IMG/VR virus record: IMGVR_UViG_3300042402_002564
Coordinates: 62,001 to 126,000 of that record
Reading direction: 5' to 3' (one strand)
DNA length: 64,000 bases
Below, piece after piece: positions 40,954-54,145 of the stretch; positions within the stretch are counted from its first letter, which is position 1; each line of letters opens with the position of its first letter. The translations under genes were made by a program, and so were the position numbers. The notes beneath the pieces were generated by a model. That model worked only from the letters and a program-made list of their open reading frames with translations. It was not told the origin of the DNA and made no database searches.

Positions 40954-42054
40954 ATGATTAAAATAAGATTAGAGCACAATGCAACTGGAAATGGATTGGG
41001 TTATCAAATATCTTCATATGTTTTGCTTAAAAGTCTTGCAAAACACTTTGGGTATGAATACGGTACTGATGAGTTCGAATTCTTAAATTTAAGATCAACT
41101 TTTGAGGGTGTCTCCTTTGATGGTACAACAAGACCTGACACAGAATACGATAAGTTTCTTGAATTTTCGGATAATGAGTCTTTTGATACTATTGTAAGTA
41201 AAGGTCTTGAAGATGAAAGTTTGATATTTGGATATCCAAGTCCAACAAATTTTTACAAAAAGGAATACTTTGAAGAAGTAAAAAAAGATTTGGTATTTCG
41301 TAAAATTATAAAAGATAAGTGTTCAGAATTTGTTAATAAATTTGAAGGACAAGAAATCATATCCTTACACATAAGAAGGGGAGATTTTTTAGATCCAATT
41401 AGCGGAATGTTTGTTTGTGGTGATGATTATTATCAGAACGCATTAAAACTTCTTCCAGAAGATGCAAAAGTTTTTATATTCACAAATGATAAAGAATATG
41501 TAAAAAATAATCCACTCTATCAAGATGACAGATTTGTATTGATAACTGATATCTACAATGACAACCAACCAATTAATTGTGATTATGGCCAATTAATTGA
41601 TAAAATGCTTGATTTTAGTGGTCATTCTAGATTTAATTATAAGTTTGTTATCTCTCAAATTGCAGCAAAAGAAGTACGTACCATAAAATCTATTGTCGAT
41701 GAACTTCATCCAAAATATTTGGAAAAACTAAAAAATAAACTATATAATCATTCATTTGATTTGTGTTTGATGACAATGTGTGATTATCACATTTCAGCAA
41801 ATAGCACATTTGGTATGTGGGGAACGACATTATCTAATAGTAAAAAAGTCATATATCCAAAGTATTGGATGCATGGACATGTACCAAATCCTTTGGAACT
41901 TGAGAGAAAATTGGATCTTGGTGATTATGACCAGACTAAAGATATTGGTGGAGAATTCATGCGTGACCAACAAAAGAATTCTATTGGTATTGAAAATCCA
42001 GACCAAATTATAAGTCAACTAGAAAGTGAAATAAATACTATAAAGGGTGTATAG
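40954..42054 (+). CDS. Alpha-1,2-fucosyltransferase-like glycosyltransferase (GT11)
   Basis: GLGYQ, SLHIRRGDF, YY..AL, IFTND and DLCLMTMCDYHISANSTFGMWG. Confidence 0.85.
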   Translation: MIKIRLEHNATGNGLGYQISSYVLLKSLAKHFGYEYGTDEFEFLNLRSTFEGVSFDGTTRPDTEYDKFLEFSDNESFDTIVSKGLEDESLIFGYPSPTNFYKKEYFEEVKKDLVFRKIIKDKCSEFVNKFEGQEIISLHIRRGDFLDPISGMFVCGDDYYQNALKLLPEDAKVFIFTNDKEYVKNNPLYQDDRFVLITDIYNDNQPINCDYGQLIDKMLDFSGHSRFNYKFVISQIAAKEVRTIKSIVDELHPKYLEKLKNKLYNHSFDLCLMTMCDYHISANSTFGMWGTTLSNSKKVIYPKYWMHGHVPNPLELERKLDLGDYDQTKDIGGEFMRDQQKNSIGIENPDQIISQLESEINTIKGV

Positions 42055-42058
42055 AATC

Positions 42059-43034
42059 ATGTCAGAAAGAGCAGAACGTTTATCTAATCTTTATTTAAAT
42101 ACTTTGGCTCTCACTTCTAGAAGAACCAGGTTAAAAAAACATCAAGTTGGTGCTAAAGCACTTGCAACCTTTTTGTCTGCAGTTATTGATGAATGTGAAA
42201 CAATGACTATGAAAACCAGTAAGGAAATTTATCAGATTATAGATGAGCTTGAAAACATTGATTAATCAGACAGTGTGCCTGGTGTCACAGACAAACCCAA
42301 CGAAGCAAGTCTAGCCCCTATACTGTGGGAGTAATCGACGGAGCACTCCTACGATGTCTCTCTCCTTCCCATCTAGGTCGCATCATACCGCAGCACTGTA
42401 CGATGCCTGTAAACTAATTGTAGACACATATAACAATACAGATCTTCTTGATCTTTATGAGGAAAAAGGTCTTGGTGATGCTTATCAATTATCATCAACA
42501 TGTCGGGAAATCATCAATCTTATTGTTGAGGGGTCTATCAAATGAAACCCTATCCTCTTGGTTTGGACAATCCCTACGTTATCCGTGGTATTATTGGTAG
42601 TTCGCGGTGGGGATTGTATCGTCGTGAACCGTTTGAGAAAGTTGCTGAATTTGCTTCTCAAACACAAGCATACGATGCCCGTCGTGCTATTTTAAAAATT
42701 CAGGGTTATGATTCATGAAGTATTTTATTGGTTTTGGACTTTTTGCAATGGTTGGATGGAATGTTTTTTTGATTCAACGCGATCAAAGTCTTTTCAAAAC
42801 ATATGATGCTTGCACACAATTTACATATCATCCTGATTGCCCTTACAACAAATGAAACCTAAATTTCGCACTGTATTAGAAATGGCACTTGAAGAAGGTG
42901 TTCGATTTGGTTGGAACCGTGCCCATAAACACAATTCTAATCCTGATGTAGATGCTGCTGCTGATGCCATTGTGTCGGAGATTATGAACTCTCTTGACAC
43001 TTGGTTTGAGATGGAGGATGGAGTTTACAAATGA
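42059..43034 (+). CDS. Run of small hypothetical proteins
   Basis: Several coupled small ORFs. Confidence 0.45.
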
Positions 43035-43630
43035 AATATAAAGAATATAATGAACTTGAAGAAAAAGATATTGATTTGATTTGTGATTATCTTTTGAATC
43101 CTTCAACTAATGCAAATCAAGATAAGCAACGAAGAAAAGAACTTTACGATTTAAATATTGTAAAAAAAACAAAAACCAATGAAACAAATCAGAAGTATTT
43201 GAGTGGTCCTCTTGGTGAAGCGATTGTTCGATTATACTTTGATAAAATTGATAAAATTTTTATTCCTAAACCACCAGAAGTAAAATATTTTAATTCACAA
43301 AAAGAATTGATTGTTCTTCGTCCTGATGGTTTGCATGTTAGGGGAGAGTATAACATTTGGATTGAATCTAAAATGAGGTCATATTTTTCTGATGGAACAG
43401 CACATGAAAAAATTCATGGTGTCCCAGAAAAATATTGTCATATGCATGGAAAACTAATGCTATTTCTTCTTGCTGATGATGAGCATAAGTATAATAAAAA
43501 TTGGACTAAACTTCGTCGCGGAGAAATCTTACCACAGAATAAATGTGAAGAATATCATATGTTGGGAGATTTAGAGGTTCTTGACTCTATTGTTCTTGGA
43601 ACAGAAGTTGCAAAAGTTTTAAAAGCATAA
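43031..43630 (+). CDS. PD-(D/E)xK nuclease-like protein
   Basis: LGE, RPDG...WIESK and GTAHEKI. Confidence 0.65.
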   Translation: MKYKEYNELEEKDIDLICDYLLNPSTNANQDKQRRKELYDLNIVKKTKTNETNQKYLSGPLGEAIVRLYFDKIDKIFIPKPPEVKYFNSQKELIVLRPDGLHVRGEYNIWIESKMRSYFSDGTAHEKIHGVPEKYCHMHGKLMLFLLADDEHKYNKNWTKLRRGEILPQNKCEEYHMLGDLEVLDSIVLGTEVAKVLKA

Positions 43631-43655
43631 TAAAATAGTAAAAATATCATTAATC

Positions 43656-44468
43656 ATGAACAAATCCTTTCTCAAATGGGCAGGAAATAAGTATCGGGTT
43701 CTTCAACATATTTTACCCGAAATTCAATTCCCCAATCAATTTATTGAACCTTTTATTGGGTCTGCCTCTGTAACTCTTAATGTTTGTGCAGATACTTATG
43801 TGATTAATGATTTTAATAATGATTTAATTTCATTATATTCTTTTATACTTCACGATAATTCATTTATTGATGATTGTGAAAATTATTTTTATAATAAAAA
43901 CACTGAGGAATTATATTATTCTTGTCGTGAGGAGTTTAATACAACCGATGACAAAAGACTTAAAGCAATGTTGTTTGTCTATTTGAATCGTCATTGTTTC
44001 AATGGACTTACACGTTATAATAAATCTGGTCAGTTTAATGTTCCTTATGGAAAATATAAGTCTCTTTATTTTCCAAAAAAAGAGATGGAAAACTTTAAGA
44101 CAAATTTAAATCAAAGAAGTATTCAGTTATTTTCTGGTGATTTTGCAAATCCGAAAATTTATACTAATCTAACTGAGGATACAGTTGTTTATTTTGACCC
44201 CCCATATCTACCACTGACGAATACCGCAAATTTTAGTGATTATGCAACTGGTGGATTCTCTTATGATGACCAAGTAAGACTTAAAAATTTGGCATTAGGT
44301 CTACAATCTCAGGGAGTAAAAGTTATTATTAGTAATCATGATACTGAGGTGTCTAGAGAATTATATTCTTCTGCTTCTAGAATTCACAGTTTTAATGTTG
44401 GTAGATTTATTGCAGCAAAAGGAGTGTCAAGGCAACCCGTTAAAGAAATACTTGCTGTTTTTTGTTGA
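43656..44468 (+). CDS. dam: DNA adenine methyltransferase (Dam family)
   Basis: FLKWAGNK, EPFIGSASV, LNRHCFNGLTRYN, FNVPYG, DPPY and SNH. Confidence 0.93.
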   Translation: MNKSFLKWAGNKYRVLQHILPEIQFPNQFIEPFIGSASVTLNVCADTYVINDFNNDLISLYSFILHDNSFIDDCENYFYNKNTEELYYSCREEFNTTDDKRLKAMLFVYLNRHCFNGLTRYNKSGQFNVPYGKYKSLYFPKKEMENFKTNLNQRSIQLFSGDFANPKIYTNLTEDTVVYFDPPYLPLTNTANFSDYATGGFSYDDQVRLKNLALGLQSQGVKVIISNHDTEVSRELYSSASRIHSFNVGRFIAAKGVSRQPVKEILAVFC

Positions 44469-44554
44469 GACTCAGACCAATTATCGATCTGGCACACCCC
44501 ACCTTCACAGGTGGGGTGTTTTGCTTTATAATATCAACAGTTAAATCAAAATCC

Positions 44555-47500
44555 ATGTCCAGCAACTCTTCCTCTTCCTCCAGCGGTATCGGTTTTCCTG
44601 GTCTGCTGACTGTTCTGTTTATTGGTCTGAAACTTACTGGTCATATTACTTGGCCCTGGGTCTGGGTTCTTTCTCCCCTGTGGATTAGTGCTTTGATTGG
44701 TCTTACTATTATTGCTATCATTTTGATTGTTGGTGTTGCCTCTGGCATCTGGAAGTGATACGAAAAATTCTTAATCAGTTTCCTGCTCGCTATGGATCTT
44801 ATTCTGCTGAAGGTAACAAAATCCGTAGGACATTCTCCAACGGTTTTAGTTACATCGTAGAAGAATGTAAGTCACCACAAGAAGCACAACGCATCGTAAA
44901 AGATCTCAATCAACTTTTAAGCAAATGACTGAAACCAAAACCTATCCCTATCTGAAGTACATTCCACACTTTGTTGCACTTAGAATAGTTGTACTTGGTC
45001 CGTTTGCCATTGCACAAGCAACGGCAGAGTTCATCTCCAACTCTCTGGACAAAGTGTGCCATAAGATTGATAAATTTCTTCCATCACCTTATGTTGAAAA
45101 GCAAGTAGAATGGGATCAGTTGCCCAAACGAAATCAAGAAGCGATTGAACAACTTGCAAAAGCACGGGACACTACCAAAGAACGAATTCTCATTCAAACT
45201 GTGAAACCATGACTAAAATCCAACTCAAAGCAATCACAGTTACATACACCAGAACTCTCACAGTTTCTCCCACAACTGAAATGTTTGAGGACTGGGAGGA
45301 TTATCCAGATCAAGAAGCATTTGAGAGTTTAGTGCTTAATGAATTGTTTGATAAAATCCATTATGAGATGGGAGGACCTGCAAATCCTATGCCTTACACT
45401 AATGTAGAGCAGTTTGAAACCGTTGAGATTGACTGGGGGAGTGATGAAGAGGAGGATGAAGAATGACTGAAGAACTCCCAGTATCAAACGAATTCGTCAC
45501 ATTTGTAAGAATTCAACTTGACCACGAACAAAAGCAACAACTCAATCGTTTCCTAAATCTCCATTATCTTGGTGATGTGAATTGTAATGAGTATGATGAG
45601 AACTTCAAACTTGTTCCCAAATACCCAGAGAAAGAAACAGAAGAGTTCAAAGATGCTATGTGGAGAGCAGGTATGTGTGTAGATTATCAAGTCAAAGTGG
45701 TTTATGATGTGAATGGTGGTTGTAAATTGGAGTTGCTATGAAGTTATTTCAATACGATAAAAAGGTTTGGGATGATGGTGATACTGACCGCACTTGGCAG
45801 TTTGGTATCATCAACAATAAAACATTACTCTGGGTTCATTATGAAAATCCCAGTCGTTTAGTTTTTAGTGATGGTGGATTACACATCCTATTCTCATTCT
45901 TTACTAATTCTTTATTTGGTGTAGATTTTCAAGTTGCTAAGATTGGTTTGAGTTTCAACTTTTTTACTGAATACTTTGATGGGTGGGATGAATGACTGAC
46001 GAACAAATCCTTGAACTTGTGAGATTTCACTTTGAAGAGGGTGGGTTGAGAGACGATGGTAGTTGTTCTGAATATTTCGGAACTCCTGAAGATTTTATTG
46101 AGTTTGCCCAAGCAATTTATGAAATGGGTAATGAAAATGGTTGGGAAAGTCACCAAGAAAGTGTATACTTGAACTCCTCTTATCCTACTGATTATAACTA
46201 TGACTGACGCAGCATACAAAGTTTGGGAAGCATTCAAAGGTGAATTGATTGTTGAACCCACAGATGATATGAAAGAAGCACTTGCTACTGCTATCCGTGA
46301 GATTGCTGACCAACTTTATTTTGACCCTGATGTAGATTATCTAAATCGTCTTTCCTATAATGTGGAGGCACTATGACTGAACGAGCACAAAAGATTATGA
46401 AAGCATACGAAGCAGAGGATACTTACAACTTTCCAAAAGATGGAGTTGTTGCTGTTATTCGTGCTATTGTGAATGAACATCAATACTATCAGTGTTGTAG
46501 AGACCAGGATATAGAAGATATGGTAGTTGATGCTCGGGTGCTCTATGACCTTGCTGATGAATTGGAGGAACTGAAATGACTGAAACCGACATCTCTAAAG
46601 TTCTCATAGAAGGAGAATACGCAACCATTATGGGTGTGAAATATAAGAGAGTGGAAGAACCAAAGACACCAGCAGAAGAGGCATATAAAGATTGGTGGGG
46701 GGAATATCCTCCAACCAGTCCAGATGCTGATAGAAGAGACATAGCAAGGTGGCATGGTTTTCAAGCAGGTTATTATGCCTCACAAGAACCCAAAAAAGAG
46801 ACACAAAATGACTGACGAACAACTACTCAATTCACTACAAGGAACTATGGCTAAGATTGACCCGTATTCAGTTAAAAAAGAAGCAATTGATGAATATCTT
46901 ATAGACACAATTGAGGAACGACTTACTCGTATTGAAGATAAAGTTGATTTACTCATTACTCAACTTAAAATAGAGTTTTATAAGAAAAATGACTGAACCA
47001 ACACTAAAAATAGGACCATCAGGGTATAAACTGAACCCAGAGAAACTGAAAGGAGCACCTCAAAGTATTCTTCCTTATGTTTGTGGTGCCTTTTATTACA
47101 CCGAAGATTTTGAGTATTTTGATGTAATCAAACCTTATCTTGATATTCCAGAGAAACCTAAAACTCTGGAAGAAATCTCACAAGAGTTTGATGAGAAGAT
47201 TGATAAACGAATTGAGAGTATCAAGCATAAGTTTGCTGAACTCAAATGTCATCAAGAGTATCTTTACAATCAAAGGTTCAATAGAATTATTGAGGACTTT
47301 GAGTATGCGAAGAAGAACGGACAATTCCCACTAAAACCTAAATTTACTATAGGCACTACTCTTTCTGCGAATAGTAATATTACTTCCACTTTTGTAATCA
47401 AACAAGGAAATAAACACGAAGGGTATTATACAATTGGAAATGGTTATTTGAGGTTTTATATGCCTTATAAACCAAATGCTATTACTCGTTGGTTTATGAA

Positions 47501-50500
47501 TAAATGTCTTTCTATTAGATGGGTGGATGAGAAAAATGACTAAACTATCAGCAGCAGACCTTATGGTAATCCATAATACTCTTTATAAAAGTTTGAGTGT
47601 CGTTGGAAATAGTATTTGGACACAAGAAACCAGAGAAAGAGTTATGGATAAGGTGTCTATTATTATGGAAAATATGAACGCAGAAGTTGTCTGTGGTGAT
47701 GTAGAACCTATTGTAGTGAGTGGAGATGTTGGTGGATAGTATTGAAGAAATTCAAAAATACTTGGATGATAATAACATCACCTTTGAAGAGTATATGAGA
47801 GAAAATATGATTACTGATGAAGACAGGAAATATTTTGATAAGATATGGGTGGATGCGATTTATAAGAACTTGGGTGAGGACACTTGAAGAACTGGCACAG
47901 GGGATGCTCTGGGTGCCTCTGTGGGTGCTATAATACTTTCATACACAAAGGAACTCAAATGTTTTCTGAAGAAACTCAAGGCAAACTCTATAAACTTAAG
48001 GAAGAACTCAATTTTTCATCTTCTACTGTTACAGAAGTTTATAAACTGATGAAGGATGCTTATAGAGAAGGATTTGATTATGGATGTGTTCGGTCAAGTG
48101 AAGAAATGGTTTCTCTTGGTGTTCTTGCTGATATGACCGTTCAACAACTTGCTAATCTAATTGGAAGGGAGGACTGACACTTGAAGAACTGGTACAGGGG
48201 ATGCTCTGGGTGCCTCTGGATGCCCTATAATACTCTCATACACACAGACACCTGATGACTGACTTCTCTCAAGAACAATTTGTTGATTTGGGACAAACAC
48301 TCTATGTTGAGTGGTTGAAAACTTGTTCTAATATGCAAAGTGCTACTGAACAAGAACGACGAGAAGTGTTCAAGTTTGGTGCTGAACTTGCATTTGAGGC
48401 AGCAGAAGAGTTTGCTAAAGTATTCCATAATCAAGAGGAGAACTGAAATGTCTATCAGAGCAACTGAACTTCTCAAACTCTTTTCTAAAGCAAAACAACT
48501 TGATTTAAGTGTTGAGGTTTATGAGGACAAAGATGATGATTATGTAATTCGCATTTACGAAATGTTCCGTTCAGAAGGATTTGATGAAAAAATGTTCATC
48601 ACTCAAAAGGGTGAGAGCAACTGGAATAAGGCATCATACACTATTGATGGTATGATGGATATTCTTGATGTACAGTTGGAAGAAAAACGACAAGAGAAAA
48701 TCAAAGAACAAAAACGACAAGAACTTCTTGCTCGTTTGACTGATGAAGAAAAAAAACTTCTGGGGGTAAAATGACTACCGAAGAAAAACTCACACTTCTC
48801 CTCAAGGTTCTCAAAGAAGTAGCAGAGGTAAAACACTGCTATGAAGGTCTATTTGGAGATGATTATACTCCAAGTGCTGGTAGTTATGATGATGCCTTTG
48901 AAGATGGTTGTGCTTATGGTGAGATTACCTTTGCCCGCACTATGTTAGAATGTATTGGTGAAAAGTTTGAATACCCTTGTATGAAAGAAAATGACTGAAC
49001 GAGTAAAATTCAAAAGTATCACACGAGTAATTGACCCAAAGACCCGTATTCATTATCTTGATGCTGTTGATGAGAACGGGTATCACTGGATGGCACAAAT
49101 GGATCATAAAACTGAACCACACCTGTGCTATACTAAGGTATGGTATAAAGACCCGCAACAACCTTATGACGTTTGAAGAAATCCTAGAAGAATACGGACA
49201 GGAAGTATTAGACACATACTACGAACTGTTCCCAGACAAGAATGTATCAAAGTTTGGTGATAGGTGTTGTGGTTTTGTTGGTTCTTATGATGACTTTTTA
49301 GAAGATGTTTATCATTCAACGGGTAGTGATGAACTGGAAACAATTGATGATTTTGCTAATGGAGTGTTTTTAGAGTATTATTACTATGATGAAGGCACAG
49401 GTGTTGGATTTGTATTTTATAATGAGGAACGATGAGGATTGAAATTAACCATATTCCTCAAGACGATCAATATTTTATGAAAATCTATGATGGTCCAGAT
49501 GGGGTGGATGAAGATAGTTTTGTTTGTCGCAATCTTGGGGAATGTTTTGAGCAGATTATAATGTGGAGAACACTAAACGCACAACAGTATGTTGGAGGAA
49601 CTGAAAATGACTGAATTTCAACCAACTCCACAAACACCAGAGCAAGTTGCTGATGGACTTCGTGATGCCTTTAGACAAGCAATCAAAGATGGTGTGATGG
49701 ATGCTACTCCTTATCTTAAACAAATGACTTTCAAATCTGATATTGAAAAGACAGAAGCAGAAATAAAAGTGCTTCAAAAGAAACTGGAACTCCTCAAGGA
49801 GATTGAGAAACATAAATCTCAACCCAAAATGGAATTTAGTTTTGGTGGTAAGTTTGAGGTCGTCTCTTATAATGATGAGGTTTATTATCGTCTTGAATTT
49901 CCTGATGAATTTTATTGGTATAAAAAAAAGTATTCTGATGAGGGTTTGCTGATGGTTGCTATTATTGATGGTGAAACTCTTCGTCTTCTTGAAGGTGTAT
50001 GGTTTAATGATGTGAAGAAGGGGAAGTATGATGATGAACCTTATTGTCCTGATGAACCTCCTGAATATGATGAAGTAGAGTGGGATGAGAAAGACAACCC
50101 AAAACCTATGGATGAGGTTGTGAATAGGTTGATAAAACAACACCAAGCACAAAAACTCTACAATAGATTGTATGATGAACTTGGTTGTAATTTTGATACT
50201 CGTGAACAGATTGTAAATTTGGTTGAAGAATGGTTGCCTGAACCACAATCTGCTGCAGGAAGTCAAAATGTAGATACTGAATTGCTTGTTGATGGATTTA
50301 ATGATTGTTTGCGTAAAATCAAGGGGATGCTACGATGACTGAACGCAACTTTGCCAAAGAACTTTGCCATCACCGCTATATTGATATGGAGGATGGGAAT
50401 GATACTGAAACTATTTGCTATCCTTCTTTGATTTGTATTATCACCGAGTTGTGTGATAGGATTGAGAAACTTGAAAAGAAGTTAGAAAAACAAGAAGAGT

Positions 50501-52267
50501 ATGCTGCGGAGCAAAATGAACAATGATATGCCTTGGGTTAATCTCACACAAGAAGAAGTAGAAGAACTCCGCAACAAAAAACACGAACTCACTGAATACG
50601 GCAAAGAGAAACTGAGGAAACTTATGATGAATCAAGAACCATATCCAGACGAAATGTTTGAAGAGGCAGAACGTCGTGAGAAGAGTAATCGTGTTCTTCA
50701 ACGGTATAATGACTTCTACAATATGGAATGTGCTGGACTTCCTCACGGCACACCTATCACACCAGAACATCAACAAATGATTGCATTTCAATCTATGATT
50801 GATGCTCTACGGTGTGAGAACCTCAATCGTGAGTATAATGAGATTGCAATTAGTGATATTGAGGATTTGATTGCACGATTGGATGAACAAGCAACTGCAT
50901 TTCTTGAAAGAGTGAGAAAGAACAATGAGTGACAAACCATTCTATCGTTTCTTTGCGATTGATTATTGTGCGACTGGTGAAGGTCGTTCATTCTGGTTGA
51001 AGATCTGTCGCAACTATCAAAGAGTTGATGATAGAGACCGTGAATATGAAAAGTTTGCAAAGTTTGTTGATTGCGATCATTATATGCACGGATTTGATGA
51101 ACTCACAGAGAGGGAGTTTCTGGACAAATACACAAGGTTCATTCCATATTTTGTCGCAGAAATGATGCAAAGGAAAGACCAACCAGCATTCACTTGGGAA
51201 ACACATTTACACTTTAATTACTCATAATATATGTCTAAAAACTCTATGGAGAAAACTAAAATGAAAATCGAAACGAAGCGTCAACGACTATTTGATTTTA
51301 TTACTACATGGGAATCTGCTGTTTTTACTGAAAAAGAACATAAAGATAGGTTCTATACGTATCTTGGTTTGATTATTCAGTCTAGACTGATGAGTGACTT
51401 TGTACATCTCAATTCCGAAGATTATCCTGCATATGGAATTTTAGGTGATATTCCACTTTATGAACATATGAATGATTATGATATTGATGAAATTTATAAC
51501 AAATGCTTAAAAAAGACTAACGAGTAAAAATGGAAGTCACTGAACATAATGTTGATGCTGATTGGAACCATCATGAGATTGAAGCATTGATGGCACTGGT
51601 CAAAGGTCAAATGTTACGGGATGACAACGATAAGTTTATTCATTTGTTTTATGCCAAAATCTATGGTAAACTGATGGGAATGAAGCACGAGTTACTATGA
51701 CCAAACTCTGTAAAGATTGTAAGTGGTATCGTAAATCTTGGATAGAACATATCTTTTTTAGAACCAATAGGTATGATATGTGTGCCTCTCCAAATACCAC
51801 TGACGACCTTGTAACTGGTCGTAGACAACGATTTTGTGATATGTTGAGGTCAACTAGATGGGAGATTCTTGATTATTCTTGTGGTCCTGATGGTAGATAT
51901 TGGGAGGCAAAATGAAAGCATTTAAAATATGTTTTGAGTTGTGGAAGCAACTGATGACTTATGATGGTCGTGACCCTGAATGGGACTTTGAAGATTATCA
52001 AGGTATTTTTTGGGATTATCTAAACTACTCTTACATTAGAACAGAGTGGAGTATCAAGAGTGAATGGGAGTGGAAAAAATGACTAAATTAGTAAATTGGA
52101 CTGAAAACCCAGATGAGATTGTACTGGAAGAGGTGAAGTTGTTTCATCTGGAAAGTATGAATGAACGAGCACTGTGGATTGGTGTTTATGGACAAGATGG
52201 TAAGATTTATCATTTGAATATCACTGGTGATCAACTAAAATACTACTGGAGTGATGAAACAGTTTGA
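44555..52267 (+). CDS. Hyperplastic region of about 30 small, translationally coupled hypothetical genes
   Basis: Continuous + strand ORFs with 4- or 8-nt start/stop overlaps and no recognisable families. Confidence 0.6.
47879..48244 (+). repeat. 69-bp direct repeat (47879-47947 and 48176-48244) carrying an early promoter and flanking one gene
   Basis: 62/69 identical; GACACTTGAAGAACTGGYACAGGGG...TATAATACT. Confidence 0.9.
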
Positions 52268-52298
52268 GTAACTAAATATCTAAAAAAGCATTTATAAA

Positions 52299-52727
52299 AT
52301 GGCAATCAATAATACAACTTACCGATTACTTGTAGAGAAATTGGGAAACTCAGATCCTTCCTTATTTGTTGGTAATGAGGGAGAGGTATTTTATGATCCT
52401 GATGCAATATCTCCTATTTTTAAATTATCTGATGGATCTACTCCTGGTGGAATTCCATTTGATCCAAGTGTTATTCAAGACTTAAACGTTACCGATTATC
52501 TGCACATTGCTGGTATTGGTGTATCCCCACCACCATCAACTCAAACAAAACTTTTTGTTGGTGGTGAATCGGAAATTGCTAGTAATTTAAGCGTGAGTGG
52601 AATTGTAACTTCTTTTGGTGGATTTATTAGTGGAATAAGCACTGCAGCAGTTGAAATTACTATTTCTGGAAACAGATTAGTATTTACTGCTGCAGGAATT
52701 GGATCTACATCTTTTATATTGTCCTGA
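52299..52727 (+). CDS. Small virion/fibre-like protein
   Basis: FVGNEGEVFYD...LSDGSTPGG, Gly/Ser-rich, with a late-promoter-like CTAAATA upstream. Confidence 0.55.
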   Translation: MAINNTTYRLLVEKLGNSDPSLFVGNEGEVFYDPDAISPIFKLSDGSTPGGIPFDPSVIQDLNVTDYLHIAGIGVSPPPSTQTKLFVGGESEIASNLSVSGIVTSFGGFISGISTAAVEITISGNRLVFTAAGIGSTSFILS

Positions 52728-52806
52728 TCCACTTACAAAACTGCACATCAGGTGCCTTGCGAGGCACTTTTTTTATGCTATAATTGCTTTATGAAATCAA
52801 AGACCG

Positions 52807-53764
52807 ATGACTCTCCTTGACCGCTACAAAAACTGGACTCGCAAACAGTACAACAAACACTATTTTGAGTATGATTTCAAACCCCATTTCAAGTGGAATC
52901 CATTTGACACTGATAATGATTGGGTCTATGATAATGAGAAGTGGAGAAACTTCATTTGGGGGTGGCAGAGTGTGGGATATGCCTGGGAAGCATGGAGTTA
53001 TTGGATGAGGGATATGAAGTATCAATATAAACTTCCTCATGCGATTTGGTCAGAACTAAATGATGGTTATATGGCAATGTACATTTACTCCTGGACAAAG
53101 AAATGAAGATTTTTTATTATTTTTATCAAGAAGATTATGGTCATGAACTATATCTAAATATCTTCGCTTTTAAGATGTTTAATATATTTCAATTAGAATT
53201 CATGTGGGATGCTTGTCCAACATGGATCCCCTATCTTACGCTATCTTTTTTGGGACATTATGGTAGTCTTATTGGTATTACATTAGGATTTGGTAAATTA
53301 AGGTTCTCTTTTGACTTCCTTGCCTACCAACCCAAAAACTTGGATTATCTTCGTAGGTAGTATGGCAAAGATTAAATACTTCTTCTTAGATTTGTGGTAT
53401 AAGTATAAATCATGGAGATTTGAACGTAAGTGTATTAAACATCTTGGTATGAAGCCACAAAAAATGTATGTGACCAAAGAGCAATATGATGCTTTGGTTG
53501 AAGCAATCAACAAACCACCAGACCCTAAAGTAGTAGAAAGATTTAAAGAAATTATGAATAGAAAAGCACCTTGGGAAGATTAGTATGAAGGTTCCAACTA
53601 AAGCAGAACTAATACATCTTAAAATTCAAGCAGCAATGCGAGAGAAGAATTTTCCTGATGATGAGATTAAATACTTAGGTGAACGTGAAGGAACACATTG
53701 GTATCTTGTTGCTGGGAAATATGAAGTTCCAGTAGAAGATATTGTCGAATTTGAGGGAACATAA
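52807..53764 (+). CDS. Four small hypothetical proteins
   Basis: ORFs behind an early promoter at 52727-52784. Confidence 0.5.
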
Positions 53765-54138
53765 TGAACAATCAATACGATAGAGAAGAAGAACAAATAG
53801 AGTATACATTTAATGTAAACACTTCTGGAATGATTGAGATTGAATCCAAATCAATTCCAACTACAGAAACAATTATTAACAATGCTGCAGAGAAGGCAGC
53901 AAAAATTTTAAATGTTGACATAACCAATATAGATAAGATTAAGTTTTTAAGATTGTATCTTGCACTTTACTCATTGTGTGGATATAATAAAGAAAATCAA
54001 TCTGAGGGAGATAATATGATGCGTTGGTGGTTAAATACTGATAATAAACATCTTGGTTATGTTCCAGCAAATTATCTTCAACATCCAATTCAAATGGATG
54101 AAATTATTCGTTACTTAGAATCATTTAACAATCATTAA
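53764..54138 (+). CDS. Xre/MbcA/ParS-like antitoxin C-terminal domain protein
   Basis: FLRLYLALYSL...MRWWLNTDNKHLGYVPANYL...IIRYLE matches the W-L-x-x-x-N-x-x-L-G-x-x-P pattern. Confidence 0.65.
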   Translation: MNNQYDREEEQIEYTFNVNTSGMIEIESKSIPTTETIINNAAEKAAKILNVDITNIDKIKFLRLYLALYSLCGYNKENQSEGDNMMRWWLNTDNKHLGYVPANYLQHPIQMDEIIRYLESFNNH

Positions 54139-54145
54139 TTCAATT

